The position numbers were made by a program, and so were the translations under genes. The notes under the pieces are model-generated. The model worked only from the letters and a program-made list of their open reading frames with translations, ran no database searches and was not told where the DNA came from. A stretch of 64,000 nt of DNA from an uncultured Bacilli bacterium (lineage in GTDB: Bacteria > Bacillota_I > Bacilli_A > RF39 > UBA660), in contig CAKPNA010000003.1 in the NCBI GenBank assembly GCA_934168275.1, forward strand, positions 47,732 through 111,731, given 5' to 3'. Shown piece by piece: positions 59,394-64,000 of the stretch (the first letter of the stretch is position 1; the number at the start of each line of letters is the position of its first letter).

Positions 59394-61301
59394 ATGTTTA
59401 CAAAAAATATTCATAAACGTATAAGAATAATATTAATAGTAATAATCTTGTGCTTTGTTCTAATAATAGGGAAAGTTTTTTATATTCAAGTAATAAGTTA
59501 TGATAAATTAAATAGTCTTGCAACCTCACTATGGAGTAGAAACTTGGAAATAGGAGCTGAAAGAGGAAAAATAATAACCTCCGATAACATTACTGTTGCG
59601 GATAATTTAACCACCGTATCATTAGTTTTTGTACCTAATCAAATAAAAAATAAAGAAGAAGTATCAATTAATATCTCTAAAATCCTGGGGGTAGATCGAA
59701 AAGTAATTGATGAACACCTATACAAAAAATCATCAATAGAAAGAGTTCATCCTGAAGGAAGACAACTATCCTATGAAGTAGCGGATGCCATTGCTAAGCT
59801 TAATTACGAAGGAGTCTATCTTTTAAAAGAAGCTAAAAGATATTATCCATATGATAGTCTATTAGCACACTCAATTGGTTATGTTGGTATTGATAATCAA
59901 GGATTAAGTGGCCTTGAACTAGAATATGATAAATATTTAACCGGTGAGTCAGGAGCTATAAAGTACTATTCAGATGCTAAAGGACAAAAATTAAATATAT
60001 CTAGTGTTTATGAACAACCGGCTAATGGTATGAATCTATACCTAACTGTTAATTTTGATATTCAAGAATCAATTGAAAGAGAATTAGATAACGCTATGAC
60101 TAAGTATAACGCTGATGGAAGTTGGGCTATTGCCATGAACCCTAATACCGGAGAAATACTTGGTATTGCCTCAAAACCATCATTCTCACCATCCAATTAT
60201 CAAGATTATAGCATTGAAGAAATAAATAGAAATCTAGCTATATGGGCCAGTTATGAACCGGGATCAACTTTCAAAATAATAACTGTCGCATCATCACTCG
60301 AGGAACACACCGTTGATTTATTAAACGATACCTTCTACGATAGCGGTAGTGTCAATGTCGACGGGGCTAGAATTAAATGCTGGAAACATGGTGGACACGG
60401 AGCGCAAACCTTCCTACAAGTAATTCAGAACAGTTGCAACACCGGATTTGTTGAACTAGGCAACCGCTTAGGTAAAGAAAAATTATTCTCATATATTAAC
60501 AAATTTGGCTTTGGTAAAAAAACCGGTATTGACTTAAATGGTGAAGCCACTGGAATCTTATTCCCTCTAAGTAAAGTAGGACCAGTTGAATTAGCAACTA
60601 CTGCCTTTGGGCAAGGAGTAAGTGTCACTGCTATCCAACAAATCACTGCCGTATCCGCAGCCATTAATGGTGGAACATTATACAAGCCATACATAGTAAA
60701 AAGCATTGTCGAACCAAACACTAACGAAATAATTAAAGAAAACCATCCACAAAAAGTTCGCCAAGTAATTAGTGCTGACTCAAGTGCCCAAGTTAGAAAT
60801 GCTCTAGAAACCGTTGTTGCCTATGGAACAGGAAGAAATGCCTATATTGACGGCTATCGTGTTGGAGGAAAAACCGGTACTGCCCAAAAAGTAAAAAATG
60901 GCGTATACATGTCAGGCAATTATATCGTTTCATTTATTGGCTTTCTACCAGCAGATAACCCCCAAGTAGTCGTTTATGTCGCTATTGATAATCCTAAAGG
61001 TGTTACTCAATATGGAGGCACTGTTGCTGCACCCATTGCTAAAAACATTTTAACCGATGCAATCTCTGCCTTAAATATTGAAAAAAGCAAGGAAGGATTA
61101 GACAAAATATATCAATGGTATGATGTAAAATATTATAAAGTAGAAAATGTTGAAGGATTAACTGTCAAAGAAGCCACAAAATTACTAAAAAACTTCCAAG
61201 TAGAATATACTGGTATTGGAGATAAAGTACTTGCTCAATCACCAGCAGCCGGCACATCTTTACCGCAAAATTCAACTATTAGACTACTTCTAGGTAATTA
61301 A
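59394..61301 (+). CDS. Class B penicillin-binding protein (FtsI/PBP2B/SpoVD-type transpeptidase) with C-terminal PASTA domain
   Basis: N-terminal TM. SxxK = GSTFKII, SxN = NSCNTG, KTG = GKTGTAQ. PASTA-like tail (VENVEGLTVKEATKLL...). ATG 59394 follows AGGTGA. Confidence 0.9.
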   Translation: MFTKNIHKRIRIILIVIILCFVLIIGKVFYIQVISYDKLNSLATSLWSRNLEIGAERGKIITSDNITVADNLTTVSLVFVPNQIKNKEEVSINISKILGVDRKVIDEHLYKKSSIERVHPEGRQLSYEVADAIAKLNYEGVYLLKEAKRYYPYDSLLAHSIGYVGIDNQGLSGLELEYDKYLTGESGAIKYYSDAKGQKLNISSVYEQPANGMNLYLTVNFDIQESIERELDNAMTKYNADGSWAIAMNPNTGEILGIASKPSFSPSNYQDYSIEEINRNLAIWASYEPGSTFKIITVASSLEEHTVDLLNDTFYDSGSVNVDGARIKCWKHGGHGAQTFLQVIQNSCNTGFVELGNRLGKEKLFSYINKFGFGKKTGIDLNGEATGILFPLSKVGPVELATTAFGQGVSVTAIQQITAVSAAINGGTLYKPYIVKSIVEPNTNEIIKENHPQKVRQVISADSSAQVRNALETVVAYGTGRNAYIDGYRVGGKTGTAQKVKNGVYMSGNYIVSFIGFLPADNPQVVVYVAIDNPKGVTQYGGTVAAPIAKNILTDAISALNIEKSKEGLDKIYQWYDVKYYKVENVEGLTVKEATKLLKNFQVEYTGIGDKVLAQSPAAGTSLPQNSTIRLLLGN

Positions 61302-61401
61302 TAAGTAATTTATTCATTTGACAAAAATAATGTAAAGTATATAAATACATTAATAATTTATAGTAAAGTATGCTATAATTATATTAAGAAACGGATGTGG
61401 G

Positions 61402-62397
61402 ATGATGTTAGTATTAACAAAATCTTTATTTGCATTAATGATAGGCTTTCTATTAGCCGCTGCCATGGGTCTAATATTTATTCCCATACTAAAAAAAATA
61501 AAGATAAGACAAAGAATTAACATATATGTTGAAGCCCATAAAAATAAAGCGGGCACTCCTACTATGGGAGGATTAATATTTATAATTCCAACGATTATTA
61601 CGGTGGTAATACTATTACTTACAGATAAAATGCAATTTTCAATGAACTTATTTATTGTCTTATTTGTCTTTTTATCGTATGGCGCTATTGGATTTCTTGA
61701 TGACTATATTAGTATAAAAAATAATACCAACAAAGGATTAACCCAATTTCAAAAGTTATTCTTACAATTTGTTGTAGCCCTAATATTCTATATATTATTT
61801 AGACAATATACTAATAATGATTCAATCTTAGAAATATCACTATTACATATTAAATGGAAATTAGATTGGTTCTATGGCATATTTATTCTATTCTTGTTAG
61901 TTGGCTCATCAAATGCAGTTAACTTAACAGATGGGCTCGATGGATTAGCCGCTGGAACATCAGTAATTGCCTTTCTTGCCATTGGTTTAATTGCTTGGGG
62001 AAGTAAATGGATAGATGGCTACCAAGAAATGGGAATATTTTGTTTCATCTTAGTAGGAGCTTTAATTGGTTTCTTACTATATAATACAAACCCTGCTAAA
62101 GTATTTATGGGTGATACCGGAAGTTTAACTTTAGGAGCAACCCTAGCAACCATCGCTATATTAACATCACATGAACTATCTTTAGCGGTTATTGGCGGAG
62201 TATTTGTTATTGAAACTCTAACAGTTATAATTCAAATATTCTCTGTAGTAGTATTCAAAAAGAAAGTATTTATTATGACCCCAATCCATCACCATTTTGA
62301 AAGATTAGGCTGGAGTGAATGGGATATTGTTAAACTATTTTGGGTAGTAGAATTAATATTATGCTTATTAGCACTTATCTATGGAGTATGGATATAG
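61402..62397 (+). CDS. mraY: Phospho-N-acetylmuramoyl-pentapeptide transferase
   Basis: 331 aa polytopic protein. GTPTMGG, GFLDDY, NAVNLTDGLDGLA, MGDTGSL, PIHHHFE motifs. Confidence 0.95.
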   Translation: MMLVLTKSLFALMIGFLLAAAMGLIFIPILKKIKIRQRINIYVEAHKNKAGTPTMGGLIFIIPTIITVVILLLTDKMQFSMNLFIVLFVFLSYGAIGFLDDYISIKNNTNKGLTQFQKLFLQFVVALIFYILFRQYTNNDSILEISLLHIKWKLDWFYGIFILFLLVGSSNAVNLTDGLDGLAAGTSVIAFLAIGLIAWGSKWIDGYQEMGIFCFILVGALIGFLLYNTNPAKVFMGDTGSLTLGATLATIAILTSHELSLAVIGGVFVIETLTVIIQIFSVVVFKKKVFIMTPIHHHFERLGWSEWDIVKLFWVVELILCLLALIYGVWI

Positions 62398-62406
62398 AGG
62401 GGGAAT

Positions 62407-63495
62407 ATGAAAAAAATTAATTATACATTATTAATAGCTATCATTATAATTACCTTACTAGGATTACTAATGATATATTCATCATCATATGTTTGGGCTG
62501 AATATAAGTTTAATGATCCATACAAGTTTTTAAAAACTCAAGGATTCTTTCTCATAATTGGATATATAATAATGTCTATAATAATTAAAATACCATATAC
62601 ACAGTACAAAAACAAAGCAAACATTATTTTTAGTGTTTGCTTTTTATTATTAATATTAGTCTTAATACCCGGTATTGGTACCGTTAGAAATGGTAGTAGA
62701 AGTTGGTTTGGTATCGGCGGTTTAGGTATTCAACCAAGTGAATTTATGAAATTAAGTCTAATAATTTTTACATCTAAATATTTAGCCAAGAATGATAAAG
62801 ATATTAAAGATATAAAAAAGGGTATTCTACCAATTTTAGGTATATTAATGCTTGTTTTTGGATTAATTATGTTAGAACCTGACTTTGGTACAGGAGTAGT
62901 TATTGTTATGACTATTGTAGCTTTATTATTTGTAAGTGGTGTTAAACTATCATTCTTTGTTAAAATAGGCTTAGTAGGTTTAGTAGGAGTAGTTGTGTTA
63001 ATAATAATTGCTCCGTATCGTTTACTAAGAATATTATCATTCTTAAACCCATGGACTGATCCTTTAGGCAGCGGCTTTCAAATCATTCAATCACTATATG
63101 CTATAGGACCAGGAGGTTTATTAGGTTTAGGACTAGGTAATTCCATCCAAAAACATTTTTATCTACCAGAACCCCAAACTGACTTTATTTTTGCTATTAT
63201 AAGTGAAGAACTAGGCTTTCTGGGCGTTATAATAGTTGCAAGTTTATTTACTATTATTATTTATCAAGGCTTTAAAATAGCTATTAATTGTGAAGATAAA
63301 TTTGGTAAATATTTAGCCTTTGGTATAACTTTCGGTCTGTCTTTTCAAGCAATATTAAATCTTATGGTTGTTGTAGGTTTGATTCCTGTTACCGGGGTTA
63401 CCTTGCCATTCTTGTCTTATGGAGGCTCTAGTTTATTAAGCAGCTTACTTGGAATGAGTATTTTATTAAATATAAGTAAGTATAATTATAAATAA
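62407..63495 (+). CDS. ftsW: SEDS-family peptidoglycan glycosyltransferase (FtsW/SpoVE/RodA)
   Basis: 362 aa, 10-TM type. QPSEFMK, PDFGT, LPEPQTDFIFA, LPFLSYGGSS signatures. Position after mraY in the dcw cluster. Confidence 0.9.
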   Translation: MKKINYTLLIAIIIITLLGLLMIYSSSYVWAEYKFNDPYKFLKTQGFFLIIGYIIMSIIIKIPYTQYKNKANIIFSVCFLLLILVLIPGIGTVRNGSRSWFGIGGLGIQPSEFMKLSLIIFTSKYLAKNDKDIKDIKKGILPILGILMLVFGLIMLEPDFGTGVVIVMTIVALLFVSGVKLSFFVKIGLVGLVGVVVLIIIAPYRLLRILSFLNPWTDPLGSGFQIIQSLYAIGPGGLLGLGLGNSIQKHFYLPEPQTDFIFAIISEELGFLGVIIVASLFTIIIYQGFKIAINCEDKFGKYLAFGITFGLSFQAILNLMVVVGLIPVTGVTLPFLSYGGSSLLSSLLGMSILLNISKYNYK

Positions 63496-63553
63496 CAATT
63501 GTTTACAATATGTTAAAATTAGTATATAATTAGTTAAACAAGGAGTGAGAAGT

Positions 63554-63592
63554 ATGATAAAATTAGTAAAACGATGGTGCTTATTATTTTAA
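63554..63592 (+). promoter_or_regulatory. 12-codon upstream ORF containing a Trp codon, in the trpS leader
   Basis: AAGGAGTGA RBS, ATG 63554. MIKLVKRWCLLF*. It ends 40 nt before the trpS ATG. Any regulatory role is speculative. Confidence 0.25.
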
Positions 63593-63631
63593 TACTAATA
63601 TAAAATAAATAATAAGAAAGAAGGAAAATAA

Positions 63632-64000
63632 ATGAAAAAAATATTAACAGGACTAAAACCAACTGGTGAATTAACCCTAGGTAATTATCTAGGTGCTATA
63701 AAACAAATGGTTGAAATGCAAGATGACTATGAATCATACTTATTTGTTGCGGACTTACATGCTTTAACAATACCTCAAGATCCAACTGAATTAAATAATA
63801 GAATTAGAAGATTTATCGCTATGTATATAGCTTGTGGTGTAGATCCAAATAAAAATACTATTTATATCCAATCAGAAAATGAATATATCCCATGTATTTC
63901 ATGGTTATTAGAATGTACAACTTATCATGGCGAAGCCACTAGAATGATCCAATTCAAAGAAAAGAGTAAACAAAATAAAAACTTTACAATTGGGTTGATG
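63632..64000 (+). CDS. trpS: Tryptophan--tRNA ligase, 5' part (runs off the window)
   Basis: MKKILTGLKPTGELTLGNYLGAIKQM...FVADLHALT. Class I HIGH-region variant (TLGN) and layout typical of TrpRS. AAGGAA RBS. Confidence 0.88.
   Translation, partial: MKKILTGLKPTGELTLGNYLGAIKQMVEMQDDYESYLFVADLHALTIPQDPTELNNRIRRFIAMYIACGVDPNKNTIYIQSENEYIPCISWLLECTTYHGEATRMIQFKEKSKQNKNFTIGLM

Noticed and set aside
59394-63495. Missing murE and murD between the PBP, mraY and ftsW genes, as a sign of rearrangement.
   Set aside because: dcw cluster composition varies widely among Firmicutes, the junctions here are short and clean, and there are no remnants. It is most likely native organisation.

Overview
AT-rich, standard-code (TGA is a stop), Firmicutes-type chromosomal segment with GGAGG-type RBSs. 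Nearly all genes lie on the + strand. The backbone is housekeeping: rpsI 3' end, phosphoketolase, dnaD-nth, ferredoxin, prepilin-like gene, lspA-rluD, rhomboid protease, tRNA-His, addB-addA-ligA, tRNA-Met, a long uridine-kinase-family protein, hisS, a dcw fragment (class B PBP-mraY-ftsW) and the trpS 5' end. There are two accessory regions. (1) Just downstream of tRNA-Met (about 26.2-29.9 kb): decayed small ORFs, then a translationally coupled operon of an XRE-HTH::CYTH protein and a SAMHD1-like HD phosphohydrolase::CYTH fusion. This is my top candidate for an undescribed system: dNTP triphosphohydrolysis coupled to triphosphate disposal or sensing. (2) A 14.86-kb, visibly lower-GC element (about 39.69-54.55 kb) inserted inside an Amidase_3/LysM cell-wall hydrolase gene. 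It is bounded by 21-nt inverted repeats and a GG(A/T)GG junction, and deleting it would restore the amidase ORF in frame. It encodes a large serine recombinase and a dense defence-type cargo: a NACHT-like ATPase with a C-terminal PD-(D/E)xK-like motif, an AbiEi-like/Fic pair, a Type III R-M system and two tandem HEPN-like proteins. It also contains a GC-rich structured non-coding patch. Three ORFs are split by single-base frameshifts in A-runs, all in the same direction, so homopolymer assembly error is at least as likely as real pseudogenisation. No CRISPR array, rRNA or transposase-type IS was seen. All functional calls rest on motifs read by eye, with no database search.
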